A stretch of DNA of 64,000 nt from Takakia lepidozioides. Taxonomy: Eukaryota; Plantae; Bryophyta. The position numbers and the translations under genes were made by a program. The notes beneath the pieces are model-generated. The model saw nothing but the letters and a program-made list of their open reading frames with translations. It did no database searches and had not been told where the DNA came from. Positions within the stretch are counted from its first letter, which is position 1; each line of letters starts with the position of its first letter. Of the stretch, positions 11,018 to 24,478 are shown one piece after another. Location: positions 14,074,001-14,138,000 of the forward strand of contig CM060732.1 of NCBI GenBank assembly GCA_030704615.1, in the 5' to 3' direction.

Positions 11018-13419
11018 TCAGCTCGACCAACTCTTTATGGCTCAACCGGTAGGGCGCCTTGGCAGGCGGCTCCGATCCCGGTATCACCTTTATCTTGTGG
11101 TCAACCCCTCTTCGCGGTGGCAAGCCGCTCGGTAAATTCTCCGGCATCATATCCTGGTATTTCTCCAGATCCCCTTGATCCAATTTGGGCTCGACTCCCT
11201 ATCAACTTCTCCTTCCACCTTCCTCTCGTAAAGCAAAAAATCGGGCTCGTGTGGCTCCTCCACAACCTACTCCCTTTCTGTTAGTAGGTTTATTCGCCCT
11301 CCCATTCGGTTGGGCGTTTCTAATGCTTTTAAAACTTCGCTACCATTCCCACATGGCCCAGCGTGACTACCCTCTTGCAGCCATCTATGACCGCTCCGGA
11401 TTTGCTTAAGAACGACATCCCCAAAATGAGATCCACTCCATCGATCTCGCAAATAGTGAAGTTCTCACGTCCCTCCCAACTCCCTAGCCGAAGAGGGACG
11501 TCAAACGCCACCCTCATTGCTAGTTGTGGTTCTCCTTTGGCAAAACGCACTTCAATAGAGGCCCCCAAGTCATTCGTCGAGAGTCCCAGCTTCCTGCCGT
11601 TGCTGGTGTCATGAAGGAGTGCGACACTCCTGTGTCCACCAACAACGACACATTAGTTCCGGAAATACCTTGCAAGTCTTGGCGACCACCGCCTCCACCG
11701 AGCGACTGATGGAGTCTTCGGACAGCTCCGTGGTCGCCCGGGTCATGTTCAGCTGTCGGGGTTTCGGGCATCTTTTGGCCATGTGCCCGGTCTCCCCGCA
11801 ATTGAAACACGCCCCATCAAAGGTCGTCTTCTGCCCGCCATGAGCCGCTGCACCTGATTTTTCTTTCAGAGCACCGGGTGCCGTCTTGACATGCGAAGGC
11901 CTTCCCTTTGATTTCCATGAGCCATTGTCGCCGCGTGGCTTATCCACTTCTTTTCCGGTCGGAAGGAATCACCCTCCCGTCGGACCTTCTTGTGGTTCAG
12001 CTCCGTACAACTCTGTCTTTCGCCCCTAGGGACATCCGAGAAACATTCAGCCTTTTCAATTGCCTCGTTCAAAGTCTTCGGTGGCCTCTCCTGAGGTCTC
12101 CTCCAACTTCCGCCTGGCCCATGGGGCCAGTCCCACAACAAAGTTGAAGACCATCTCTGGTTCTGCCATGTCCGCGACTTCGAGCAACAGCACGTGCAAA
12201 AGTGGGGCCTTCCTGTCAGTGTCATGATTCGTTCTTTGCCGTGTTGTTTATAATGTACTTGGGAGGGTCGAATGTCATCTGTTTGCCTCAAGTTCCTCAT
12301 CTTGTCTCATGCGAGTCAGGACGCGTTGAGGGGCACATTTTTTCATGAGTTCCTTGAACCCACTCCAGCTCAAGGTCTCTTGGTTTGGCCCTTGGTCATG
12401 AAGGCGTTTCTGCCACCATTGTTGAGCATAGTCCCTCAAGTAGGTGGATGCCACTTCCACCCGGTTCTCGTCACTCAACTTGGCCGCCCAGAAGTACTGC
12501 TCTAGTTCCAGGAGCTAGGTATTGAGTGCCTTCCGATTTCGGCGTCCTCGAAGGTGCCGGGTTCCTTAGGCTTCACCTTAAACTTAGGCTTTGTGGAAGT
12601 GGCGTTGGCCGCCTTCATTACGTCCTTTAGTGTCCCGCCAAACTGCACCAAAAGCCCTTCCCAAAAAATTGCTGGCATTAGAGGCATCTGTGGGTCCATC
12701 GGAGTCTTTGGAAGGTCCTCAGGCTCCTACTCCCCAAACGCCTCTGGCTCCCGAGCGGCCTCACCTTCAGAAGCATTATAACTTGTCTCCTCAAGTTGCC
12801 GCTCTGGTGACGCGTCGCCCCCACCGGGCTCACTAGGTTCATCGGCTTTCGGGTCATTCCGGTTTCGCTTAGCCCTGCCTGACCCTATGGTGAGGCCGAT
12901 CTCAAGGATGATCGCGTACTAAACTCTAGGCTCTGATACCAAGTGTCGTGCACCTCACTTTGGCAACTCCCCCTTTAAGTCATAGTAACTCCCTTCGATG
13001 CGCGCGCCTACCTCCCAAACTGGCCGCCGGGCCAACTCGGAGCTTCGACTGCTCACTGGGGCATAACGGTCCCCTTTTGCTCCTCCACGAGACCCTCGCA
13101 CACTTTGGGCCTAATGAAAATTCCCTCGGTGAGTCCCAAGACTCCCCACGACTCCCACCACAAGGCCTCAGCCTCATGGTGAGTCCTATGTCACCTCCAC
13201 TACGACTTCCTACGCTACCACCACCCCTCGTGGAGTCCCCCCACCGCAACCCGGTTTGCGGGGCTCCACCTAGTAAGCGCCTCCGCCTCCGCCTCCCTGA
13301 GTGCCTTCGACACTCAAGGGTGCTTCAGCCCCCTTTCCTATTCGCTACCGCTGCCCCCACCACAGGGGTAGCCCCTCTTGTGTCCCGACCCCTCGCCCTC
13401 AAGGCAAAGGGCCGCGACA
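11018..13419 (-). mobile_element. Decayed, 3'-truncated copy of the same chromovirus family (5' LTR, PBS, gag, protease, start of RT)
   Basis: Internally deleted LTR at 13419-12944; PBS TGGTATCAGAGC at 12941-12930; frameshifted Gag/PR peptides match 846-2740 ([40 protein letters not shown]). Homology stops in the [13 protein letters not shown] region. Confidence 0.92.
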
Positions 13420-15320
13420 ACATGCATAGGCATTTGTAGGTCCTTACGGCGAAGTGAACGAGTTCTTAACTAATATGCCGCAGCAATTTGGTGGGGAGGG
13501 GAATGTATTTATGAAACATTGTTTGCAGTAGCCTTGTGGCCATAGACCCCGTATTCAGTTAGGGCAGAACAAAAGGGATACATTTCCTTTGTGATGGGCT
13601 CACTCTGGTAGTGGGACTTACCTTAGATTTAAACAAATAGTTCAAGCTTTCTAGATATCCTCTGGAAATCCCTCCCCACAAATCAATCTGTTGTGTATGT
13701 GTTGCCCAGGGCCAGTGCTTTAGGCTCAGCCAACTCGAGATTTTCAAAGTTGGTGCGAGGGAGAAAAAGAGAATGTACTCATAAGGCTTTGTTTGCTGGA
13801 GCATTCTAGTCATAGACGCCATAGCTGCATGAGTTTGGACGGTACGTAGAGAGAGAGAGTGTGTGTGTGCGTGTGTATGTGTGTGACATGGATCTGAACA
13901 ACACTGTTGCTTTGCTTCGCAACATGGTCAATCCTCCACTCTGACTTAAGCCAATCCACTACGAGAAGTTTCAAAGGTTCACCTCCAAACATCTGGTTCA
14001 CAGCAAGCCACCACCTCCCAACCTCATGTGTACACCCCAAGCTCCATGAAAGAACGGAGAGCTCCAGAGTCAAGATGGTCTTCCCCGCGGGCAGCTGCCC
14101 GAAACTAACGGACGTATCGCGTATGATGGTTAGATTTAGCTGCAGGGGAGGGGGACTGCTAAAACGAAAAGGGACTGTTAGCTAAATCTAGCTAGGGTTA
14201 AATGGAGCACAATCGCTAACAGTCTGATGCGGCCGTAACTTATAGATAACCACTGCTACGTATAACAGAACAGGCCCTTTAACAGCTGCTGCGGCCGGGG
14301 CCCTAGTTAGAGCATGCCCAGCAAGCGCTCTATGTGGCGCTCTATCTTCAAAGTAGCGTGACCGCCGATGTGGGAAGGGATCGCGCGTCCCCAGTAGCAC
14401 ACTCTCTCGCTTCAAAATGGTGAACCTCTCCAATCCCGCGCTATCTACAGCGTTTGGAGTGTGGCATTCTCCCCCACTCAACCTCATATGTCATGATGAT
14501 TGGCGGGGCCCACGGTCACCTCAGCCTGGCGCCATTAGCCCCCTTGTTATGCTAGCTTGCCTGCCTCTCGCAAACATAGTGATGGCGCGGCAGTTTAGTG
14601 AGCCTCTGCTGGGCATGCTCTTAGCGCTAACAACCGTGCCAGTAACCAAAGTCAACTTTAACCTACGGACGTCGCTAATGGATGTGACGTCATGCAAACG
14701 GGCCAATGCCCGATGGATGGGTTTCGTGGATGAGTAGTGACGGATGACTGTGGGGGGAGGGGAATCGCCGGTATAGATCCCGGCGGGTCGTTGGCTGCAG
14801 GCCGGCGAACTGACAGTTCTTGGGCAGGCCGGTCGTTTCTCACCGGCCGGTCCGGTGGCGATGCTCTATCCCTCCCGGCGGGCGTTGTCTCTGTGTGCGA
14901 TATCCCACACACACAAAACAGACAGACGCATAGCGCAATTTGTGAAGTGTACACTGCATTTCGATCGTGCTGCCATCGCGGTTGATCTCGCTGTGTGTGG
15001 GGTCTCTGTGTTGGGGATTTTTGGGTGTTTGACTGTAGTGCCTGGTTTGTAGCTTTGGGGGTGTGTGGACAATCTGTTGAATTCATCTTGGAGTGGCTGT
15101 TGTCTAGGTACCATAATTCTGGGAAGAATGGTGTGTGCAAGGATGAAAATCAGGTGGAGGGATCGGTTCTAGACGTCTGGGGCTGAGTGGGCAGAAGATT
15201 ATGTCGAAGTCAGTTTATACTGAAAAGAATAAAACCCTGAAGCGTTGGAGAACCTCGCGGCTTGGCACGGGGCGGGGTGGAGCATGACTAAGGAGTGGTG
15301 TTCAGGTCCAGGTTTTGGAG

Positions 15321-18300
15321 ATGGGTTCAAGGAGGGATCACATGGAAGGAATACATGCAGCGGGCACACATCTATCAAAATGCCGTCTGAAATTTGCGGC
15401 TGCAGAAGGGGCTTACGGTACATTCATGGGGCATCAATCGGCAGTGGTGGAGGCCGCTGCTCAGGGTGCGCGACGAGATGTTTCCAGGCTTTTGGAATCT
15501 GGAAATATTCCTGTTCAAGACCTTAATTACGCCATTTTTCAGGCAGCCAAGCGCGGCCACAAGTACATTCTGCAAGAATTGATTGATGCAGGTGGTACTG
15601 ACCTGGATGCAGCAATGGTGAGCTCATCATTTAAAGTGCACGACTTTATATTTTTGGTCTGCTTGCTTGTCTTCCATCAACCTGCATCTTTAGCAAGAAA
15701 AATCTGTTGGTAATCATCTCTTTGATATGAGGTACATCTAATCTCCATCCTAAGCTGTATGCTGGATCACTTCAAGGGGCCTTGGAAGTGATGGCTAACC
15801 TAGTTTTGCCACTGATAGACTGTCTGCTTTTTGTACATAGCCTGAGTACACTCTTACACTGCTGATCTGTGAATTGTGGCTTTTGTGCTGTGAGCAATGG
15901 TAGGTAGCTATGGTCGACTGACAAAGTTAGGGTTACAAGAAGAGTAATAATGAAGCTGTAAATCGAAGCTTGCACTTTCAGAGTGTGTGAGATGACAGCT
16001 ATGCCCTGGACCCCCTTAAAAAAAGTTGAATATCGGTACATGGTTGAACTTTTTGATCGGGCCCAATGGGGCATTCGTGTCTGCCCTGGTTCCTTCGTTT
16101 TCAAATTATTGTTTGATGGAGAGGGTAATCAAGGGTGGCCCTGGGGTTTCTGCAGCAAAGTTTCAGCAACGATTGGCCAAGAAGCTGATTCTGGGTAGTT
16201 AGTGATCTGGCTGTGGATGTTGCAGGAAGGTATCAGGGTCCACCTTGTTGACCAAACGCTACAGATAAGGTGGGGGAAGGGGTGGGGAGGGGTCTGGGTT
16301 AAAGGAAGGAAGGAGACTTTATACGGGAGAAGAGGGAGAGATGAACTTGTCACTGTGCTGCTATAGCCTTGTGGCATTCCGAGAGATTGGAGGGGAGGAA
16401 AACTAGTAAGAGAAAAGAAAGGGAGATGCAGAAGGCTCGATCAGGAATAGGGTATCTCCACAAATGTTGGTGAAAATGCTTTCAGTGGAGCTGTGCGGAA
16501 GAAATTCACCCCAGAATCATTACCAAAGAAGGGGATGGTTTAGGAATTTGTCTTTGCGCATTTGAATTGAGAGAAAAGAGGAAGCAAGAAGAGTGTTGGG
16601 GGCACAATGCTATGAGCTGCACCAGCATTTCAAGACAAAGGGGTGTGTATCAAGGAAGCACATTCCTCAGTCTTCAGAGTCAACGCATTGGTTTGTTCTG
16701 GTGCTGTGATCCTGCTGGGAGCAGGGCCTGCTTGAATTACCTTGGGTGTTATGGCAAGGTAGTCGAGTCATCCGTGTCTAGAGGATTATATCTGCTGCAG
16801 ACTTGGTTAGGGGTTGTAGTGTGGTAAGTGAAGCTACACCAAATGCTTTGGTCAGAAGCGTTTACCTGAACAGCACAGTTCCTACTGTTGAATTCTTGAG
16901 GTCGAGCTGTTCATGAAGCTCTTGCAGTGAGCAGTATCGAGTGAGTGAGTTTGTTCTTAGTAGGATAGAATTTTGGACACGGACATCTGAAGCTGCAGTT
17001 TGAGGTTTGGTGGAGAGCTTTCACTTGCCACAGGGTGTGCCCATCAGTGAGCCTATATTTTGCTTTTCCCAGGAACAGTGACGTGTCCAAGATTCTGAGG
17101 TATGGTCTCAGCTTTAGGTGTGAAGGCTGACCAGTGATATTTCAGAGTCTCTGCATCAGATGGAGATAATATTTATTAGTGGTTTGTTTCTGCTGCAGGA
17201 GGCGGCAGGTTGGAGTGGGCACACTCACATCGTTGATGAACTGATGTTGTCAGGACATGTGCACATCGGCCGTGCATTTCTAGGTGCCATGCTGGCCTGC
17301 CGTGAGGATATGATAGACCATCTAATTTCAGTTGCAGATGCCGATGGGCTTGAGAGTGGCTTGCGTGTGGGTGCCAGCTTGATCTGGTCACGGACCCCAG
17401 AAGAGGTTGATTTTTTGAGCCACGTCATTGACCGGCTTGTGAAGGCTGGGGCAAAAACATTTGAGGATGCACTCCTTTCGTCTTGTAATGGCACTGCAAT
17501 ACTGCACTTGAATGGTCGCAGCATCTTACAAAAGAGCAAGATTTTTGATCGACTTGTGTTGGAGTCGAGCAATTTGACAAAGGACTTCTACAATTCCCTT
17601 CTTTTGCAAGCTTGTGTTTGCTTCTTGTACAGGATGACCATTCTGGAAGCAGGAGATGCAGCTCTCATGGACCACTGCGATGTGAGTGTGTTTGTCTGTG
17701 AATCGGTTCCATTCTTGCCCAAAGTTAAGAGGATGCAACACATATTAGAGTCAGGAACTGCCACGCAAGACATGCTGGAGATTTTTTCAATTCTTTTCCG
17801 GAATGGAACTGGTTTGATCAGTTCTCGTCTGCACGTCTTTGTGGATGTAAACATAGACAAGGCAAGGTCACTGCTGCAAGTTCGGGATTCCTTGCAAGGA
17901 GGGTCACAGGCTTGGGGGCCTGTCCGTGCAGGGCCGGCACCCAGCAGTCGGCCTTGCATTGAGAGTCGGGCAGAATGGCCCCTGAAAATGATGAAATATT
18001 TGTTGACACAATGTGGGGTGAACTCAGAATGTGCCATAGAGCAAGCTGTGGCTTCATCCACACACTTAGGGGTCATGCTCCCCGTTCTTGAGCTTTTGGT
18101 AGAGTGTGATTGTTTGGCAATCACAGATCCTTATGTCGTACTGGCGTTCGCCACAGCGTTTCGACAAACCGCAGCAATACGATATTTACTCGATATCATC
18201 CCCAAGCCCGTGAATGTGAGACCCATGATGGAAGCATTCAAGACGGCTGCATCTGAGAACATTGGACCTGAGGGAGTGCTTTTTCTTCTACATTCCAATT

Positions 18301-18779
18301 TTCTTGATGATTTCAAAGATACTCTGCGAGCAGCATCTCTGGTTGCTGAACTAGAGGATACCACACCAGACCTGAAGGCCAGGTTGCGGGATGAGTGGTC
18401 GAAAGAAGCCTACCATGAGGGGGTGCAAACGGGAATGAAGCACTACTTAAATTTGATGAGGGTGATCAAGCGTGGAAGGGGGCGCTTATGCATCCGGGAG
18501 CTTCCTGAGCAATTACAGGCTGCCATAGGGTACCTGCCACTGTACAAGGATTGCTGCGGGACTCCCGGGACCCTTCTCTCTCAAAGGCAAAAGGGGGAGT
18601 TGGTGGAAGCTGTGCGCCATTTGTATAGGGGCAGTGGCAAGGTGAGTGAGGCGGAGATTCTAAGAGCTGACAAATCAATTTTGCTCTCACTGCTTGGTGC
18701 CTGCCTACCTGAGTGGAGCCAATTACCCCTGGCCAGTGATGCTAGAACTCCGATGCTTTTCTATAATAATAAAAGCTGA
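15321..18779 (+). CDS. SKIP35-like ankyrin-repeat protein; predicted exons ~15321-15617 and 17199-18779
   Basis: Ankyrin-like units (AIFQAAKRGHKYILQELIDAG; AAGWSGHTHIVDELM). Phase-0 GTGAG donor at 15618 and TGCAG acceptor at 17198. C-terminus HYLNLMRV...GYLPLYKDC...LLSQRQKGELVEAVR resembles plant SKIP35 (recalled). Start codon uncertain. Confidence 0.8.
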
Positions 18780-21105
18780 GAAACCCGTATCTGGGAGACC
18801 TGTATTGCTTTGCTCTACCCCAAGCTAATGAGCATCTCAAACAGAGTCAATGTAATTCAGACAGCTGCTCAGTGGGCCTGTGTATGCTGACTCAGCACTA
18901 ATAATAGACCCCGTGGCAATGATTTAGTTCCTTTCAGCTTCATGTGATAAAGGCCAATTTAGGTTCTAGGATATGGCATTGTCGCTTTTTTCTTTCGTAG
19001 GATCGTAGACTTACCATTCAAGTATGTGCCCTCTGTCTGTCAGTTTTTATAGAACATTATACGAGCCTGGATCAACAAGCCCTGCAGCATCCTGTCGGTG
19101 ATGCCTGGAGTTCTTTTAAAGTTTTGTAATTTTGCGGATTGCTGTGATTCATACAAGTTCGCCTTTGACCGAAGATATGCTTCTATCTGTTGCTCCTCTT
19201 CTGGTTCAAAACTTCAAACACCTTCCTCAATTGACTGAGGAGGACTAATGTGTTGCAATGGAATGGTCTGCAAGGAACCACACATTGGTGACATGGGCAG
19301 AAGTAGTTCCTTGTCTAACAAGCTTTGGAAATTGGTTCTACCAAGTTTCCTGTTTTATTCATACTAGAGCTCAAATCTCTCGGAGTAAAAGCAGAGGACA
19401 CCCTATGAAGTACACGTTCTCCTTGTTTCTTTGATGTATTGAAGAGATGCACGATGGATGCTTGATGGACAGTAGAATACAACTTGGAGGCCACCCAAAA
19501 GACAGATTCTAAGCTATTCCCGAGTGATCGGTTGCATAGTGCACACGTGGGTACCATCAGCGGGATTTTCGCCCGAGTCTTGGGGTGTATAAGCGTCTAC
19601 TATAATCGTCACATTGAACGCGATACCCGTCATGCACAAGATATAAAAGCACAGGTGATTGTTGTGCTTGCCTTGCCCACCACATTTTACCCCCTTACCT
19701 TGCTGGCCCTCTTAATCTGGCGCGGTTAAGCTGAGGTGACTTAAGTTTCTTGGTGTCCAGAACGGGCTGGAGCTTCGGGCTTAAACTTTACAATCGGCAT
19801 CTGTCTCTAGGTCTAGATATGAGCATTTGGTTTGATTGTAAGGTTTATGCCAGAAGATGCCGTTTTCAATCCTGCAAACTTTTTTAAGGGAATTGTCCAG
19901 CGTCAGAGCCAATGTGGAGCTTCTGGACGTAATCTGTAGCGCGGTGGTATGCCTGTGTGAGGTTTGAAAATAAAGAAAAACAATGGTGGTGAAGGAAGAT
20001 TCAGCGAGGAGAGTCGTTGACAGGTCGGTTGAGATGGAAAGGCTCAATGGAAACCGGATCCCTTTCTCCACGTGACGTCATGCACGGGTTATGGAAGGAC
20101 AGACCTATGAGTCGAACACATCCCGCAATAAGATTAAACAACGCAACAAGGAACCTTCCAGAGAGGCACACGGACGTTAAAAGCAGGTGTGACGCATTCT
20201 GCCACTTTTTGAGACTAATTCTCAGGCCGAATTGGCCACCCAAGGCGTACTGCCGATTCGGCAGGCAGAATCGGTAGGGATGGTCGTTTACGCACCGAGG
20301 ACGGCAGAGCAACCACCCAGGCCCATGTCGTCAGCCATCAGCCATTAACCCACCCGCCTTCCCTTTGAGGCTCGCCCCCTTTATATCCTCTCCGGGGCTC
20401 TGAATCTGGGCAATCAATATTGGATAATTGAACCTCAATCATATTGCACCAGGTGGCGGCGAGAATACGCCACAACCTGCTTTTAATGCTAGTGAACAGG
20501 CCGTGTTGGGCCGACTCTTCCTTGTGCGCGGCCATAGGGCTCGCCCAAAGGCCGCTTACGACTCTTCCTTGTGCGCGGCCATAGGGCTCGCCCAAAGGCC
20601 GCTTACAGGGCAGAATCAGCCCAACACGGCCCGTTTTCTAGTACAGAAACACCAAGGCCACTGCTATAGCCAGCTAAGGTGTGAAAGATTCTTCCTAGAG
20701 AGAGAAATCTGAAGTGCGGATTCATAACTGAAATTGGCATCTTGTACGTGCACGTGTCTTTGTAACTCGGTGAGCGCTGTTGTATACGTACTTTTTTCTG
20801 AAAAACGCAGTCTGAGTCTGAGTCTCCTTTGTCTCACGACGGACAACAACGATAGCTGTGCACAGGTTGGACTTGGGTTACTGTACTCTGCCATGGAGCA
20901 TGAATGCCAAGTTGCGAGGGGAAGTGGAGACGCGGCGTTTTGTCCATTATTTTTGAACTTGGGTCAAGCTTCCCTTCTCTCTTGACTAGTCAATCCTCTA
21001 CGGATTGCGTGTATGTACCGAGGACCTGGTGACTAAAGAAGTTTCATTTGAGGCAGATGGAAACACCTCCACTTGTCGCGTCCTTATAATCTCTAGAGAT
21101 TGCGG

Positions 21106-21373
21106 TGTCGTAGGTGTCAAGGCTATAGCCCTTGCACGACACTCTGAGAACAGACGAGGACGGGTTGCTCGGTGGTAGAGCACCCCACCGGAATGGGGGA
21201 GGTCCTAGGTTCACTCCCTAGCCCGACCACACGCCAGTGGTTTTCCAACATGGTATCAGAGCCAAGGTTGTGGCGGTGGTCAGAATGGGTGGGCATTAGC
21301 AATAAGGGCTATGCCTTGAGGGGGCTATGCCTATGTTCAATCCTAGCCCGACCACGCCAGTGGTTTTCCAACA
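21106..21373 (+). mobile_element. TRIM (terminal-repeat retrotransposon in miniature, 268 bp) with a tRNA-like segment in its LTR
   Basis: 5-bp TSD TGCGG (21101-21105, 21374-21378); 5' LTR 21106-21250 (TG...CCAACA); PBS TGGTATCAGAGCC 21251-21263; PPT GAGGGGGCTA 21318-21327; internally deleted 3' LTR 21328-21373 sharing CCTAGCCCGACCAC..GCCAGTGGTTTTCCAACA. Confidence 0.85.
21158..21229 (+). ncRNA. tRNA-like cloverleaf (tRNA-derived Pol III A/B-box module) within the TRIM LTR; probably not a functional tRNA
   Basis: 72 nt: acceptor GGACGGG/CCCGACC (1 mismatch); D-arm GCTC-GGTGGTA-GAGC; anticodon arm CCCCA/TGGGG; variable AGGTC; T-arm CTAGG-TTCACTC-CCTAG. The anticodon loop lacks U33. Confidence 0.7.
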
Positions 21374-22189
21374 TGCGGTTCAATGGAACTGATCAGGGAC
21401 TTGGTCCAAACTTCCTCGCATAATTTCCTCTTATTCTCGTACAGACTTGCAATTGAATTCTCGCAATTGCGTCCGGTACAATACACTAGAAAACCAAGCA
21501 CTTCCAATCACAAAACGAGTATTGGCCTTGGACAACAATCGTGGTCAAAACCTCACTCGACATCCAGGATTAGACTCGAAAGATATCAAGCAAGCTCGTC
21601 AGGTGTGTGCGATCTAGCTAATCATCTATATAAATTTTCCATCGAGCTCCTGGTCAGATTCAACTGGGGACTCCACAGCTTCCAAAACACATGATGGGCC
21701 CGTCCCCGAGCAATTCAAAGTAAAGTTGAACCTCATTTATTAAGGATATTTCTGAAAGCTCAAGTCCATTAACTGCAGACAACGTCTTGAACTAATCATC
21801 TAGTTAAGTTCGCAAATCTATCTTTAAAAAGACTCTGACAGGCGCCGAGGCATGAAACCTGTAGGTCATCGACATGGAGAGGCCGGCTGATGCCATGTCA
21901 AACCTTGCCTGACCGTTTGCCGCCATTTTATCACTGGAAAGAGAGGTCGGACAACTACCAACTCACACACTCTCTCTCTCTCTCTCGTCTCTCTTTTGTC
22001 TTGCCAATTATGTGTATCCGAGGGTGATTGAAATGCTCACTAGGTCTCTCAAACCAGGGTTATCAGCGTCACGTCCGTCCATCAGTGTCAAGTAGCGTCG
22101 GACCTGACGCTGACGCGACCTACGTCACGTCAGGTTTAGGCCTGACGTTAGTAAAAAAAATTGAAGGTATCATATTATTATAATCCTAG

Positions 22190-24060
22190 TAATATGGCGG
22201 TGGCGTGACGCCACGAACCTTTTCGTATTTTGCATCAAACTCTGCATGAAGTAAAACCTGCATGATCTCTCCTTACCTTCCATTGGAGTCTTTGGGTCAT
22301 CCCCATAGACTCTTCTCACTGCAGCCTAGTTCGTTTGGGCATTGTCAGCCATGAAGCCCCTAAAATTGGGAGGGGCAACTTCGCTCTCGCCATTTGCTCA
22401 TTGATTCCGCGCCACATATGCACCTCCGAAACTGTGTTCTCTCCTTTCATTTTGCAGATAGCAATGGTCATCAACTTTCTGCAATGTGGGTCGTATACGT
22501 GTGCCCCCATTGTCACCCAATCGTGATTGGTAATTCGCATGATATGGTCGAACATGACCCAGCAATTTGAGAGGTCTTTATTGGTCATCATGTTCACCAA
22601 ATCGACACCCGCTCCCTAGTCCTGTAGAATAATAGAAAATTTCAATTAAGTTTTTATCGTAAGATTTTTTAGTGAATTATCGGCTGATATACTCTGTAGT
22701 ACCATCGATATAGCCGCGAAATATCGATTCTTCTCGATACTTTGTAGTGACGGATAACTTGGTTCTATTCGATATCGGATGATAGCAATGGATGAAATAG
22801 TTAGAAGCGGTTACAATAGTTGTTGGGCAATTCTTCTATAAATGAGTATCTTTGAAATCAATCAGTGTCAATTGAGCTAGAGAGCCGTGACCAGAGTAGA
22901 AAGCAGTGTGCGTGTAGGAGTTGTAGAAGCTAGGAGATAGAATCATATAGTAGTGTAGTTCTGTAATATTGTCTTTGTTATTATTTGAGGAAGAAAAGAA
23001 GGAAAAGAAGGAAATTCAATTAAGTGTTGTCTGTGTGAGAAACAGAGTGATGGAATGATTTGCAATTGATGAGTTGACATTTGGTTATCTTTTGTGTGAG
23101 ATGGTGAGAATGTGCATCATTGGTGGAAATGAAAGTTCTATGCAAGAATTAATTCATGGATTACCGAATAATATATCAATTGTGATTAAAAGCTTATATT
23201 GTAATGTGTAGAATTAGTGCAATTAGAGAGTGTGAGCATAGACTGATATAAGAAAATATCAACTATATATAGGCATTGTCATTGGAGACACGATTGGGTT
23301 CAGATGTGGTATCGTCCCTTTTATGGTTATCCGGAATTACTGAAGGAATGGAGTAATAACTTCGGAGGTGGGAAATCCTTAGTTGAGTTAAGTAAAGAGG
23401 ACTTGTGGTGAAGATTACCAGGATGGGAGAATTAAGTACTAGGAGAACATAGCAGATAATTTATCAATAGAGATATTTAAAAAGCTCTGTTGCAGCGATA
23501 TAGAAATAATTCATTTGTAGCTTGTGAGTAAATGATGGTACAGGGAATTATCGATCCTTTATAAAGAAGATTATTGGAGAAAGAATTTGATAGAACAATG
23601 GTATCTAGTTTCTGCTGATGGAGCAGAATTATTAGAAGATGTGGAGAACATTTATGAGTTTGGAAAATGTTAATTGAATTAGATGAAGATGACTGGTGGT
23701 AGAAATCATTCTGTTGAAGGACTGAAGAGCGATAGAATAGTTTAGTTTTGTAATGTATAGTGTTTTCCCTGCGAACAAACCTCAGAACTGATTAATTCTC
23801 CTTTTAGGATTGATTATAGTTTTATTCTACAGGTCCTGACGTTGACATCTTAAATATGAAGCACATGTCCGTCTCTGAGCCTTGATCAGGAAAGAGGTTT
23901 CCGTGGATGAAGTCGTAGCCGTATGTGCGCTTGTGACAGAACACTTCGTATATGCTAGATTGACCAGCCTGTTGTCATGTTTTGCTTCTTTTGGGTGGCT
24001 TGGTTATGGGGTGGTTATCCCTTTTGTAAGCCTCATGAGTTATTTTTTCCACTCTCCTTC
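22190..24060 (-). pseudogene. MULE-like (Mutator-related DDE) transposase relic, split by a solo LTR
   Basis: Across the solo LTR and frameshifts it reads FIHGNLFPDQGSETDMCFIFKMSTSG.GSGVDLVNMM...WVMFDH...WVTMGAHVYD...MTIAICKM...NFRGFMADNAQTN*AAVRRVYG...GKERSCRFYF. The FMAD and C-x-F-(H/Y) motifs resemble MULE-type transposases of non-seed plants (recalled). Confidence 0.65.
22623..23831. mobile_element. Solo LTR (1209 bp, AT-rich)
   Basis: Termini TGTAGAATAA...TTATTCTACA (10-bp inverted repeat); flanks AGTCC/GGTCC (5-bp TSD, 1 mismatch); interrupts the transposase reading frame. Confidence 0.82.
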
Positions 24061-24076
24061 TAATGCATTTTGGGCC

Positions 24077-24478
24077 ACTTCTCATTATAAGATAATACCG
24101 TCTTCAATGCGCACGCGTGTGTTTGTGGCGGGCCCCAAGTGTAGCAGAGAGGGTCGTGGAGTGGAGGGTGGGAGCTCTACCCTTCGGAGGGTCTGCCGCT
24201 GCTGGGTCCGGGCAAGTTGGTCCACTGCGGTAGGTCCCAGCTAAGTGGAGCCCCATGACCTATCTGCATGCGCTAGTAATGCAGATAATAAAAGATTAAA
24301 TAATTCCAAGGTTTTTAGAAAGCAGCAGGTAGTGTGATGGTTAAGAGTAATCAATATGATGTATGAGGACCCTCTGGCAGACCCGGTGGATGGGCGCTGG
24401 GCTTATTAGGTGACTCCATGGGCCATACTGGCGGGCCCACATGCGCATTGAAGATGCTATTATCTTAAAATGAGAGTC
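24077..24478. mobile_element. Mutator-type MITE (402 bp)
   Basis: ~37-bp imperfect TIRs (CTCATTATAAGATAATACCGTCTTCAATGCGCA / TGCGCATTGAAGATGCTATTATCTTAAAATGAG); 9-bp TSD TTTTGGGCC at 24068-24076 and 24479-24487. Confidence 0.8.

Noticed and set aside
13800-14990. Short ORFs upstream of the SKIP35-like gene
   Set aside because: No recognisable domain or consistent splice path.
19560-20650. Possible solo LTR (minus-strand TATA GGATATAAAGG, 47-bp duplication at 20514/20561)
   Set aside because: No matching TG..CA termini with a TSD could be defined.
21158-21229. Functional tRNA gene
   Set aside because: Acceptor-stem mismatch, abnormal anticodon loop without U33, no oligo-T terminator immediately after, and it sits inside an LTR.
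22056-22150. hAT-like left end (CAGGGTT... with TGACG repeats)
   Set aside because: No matching right TIR or TSD found.
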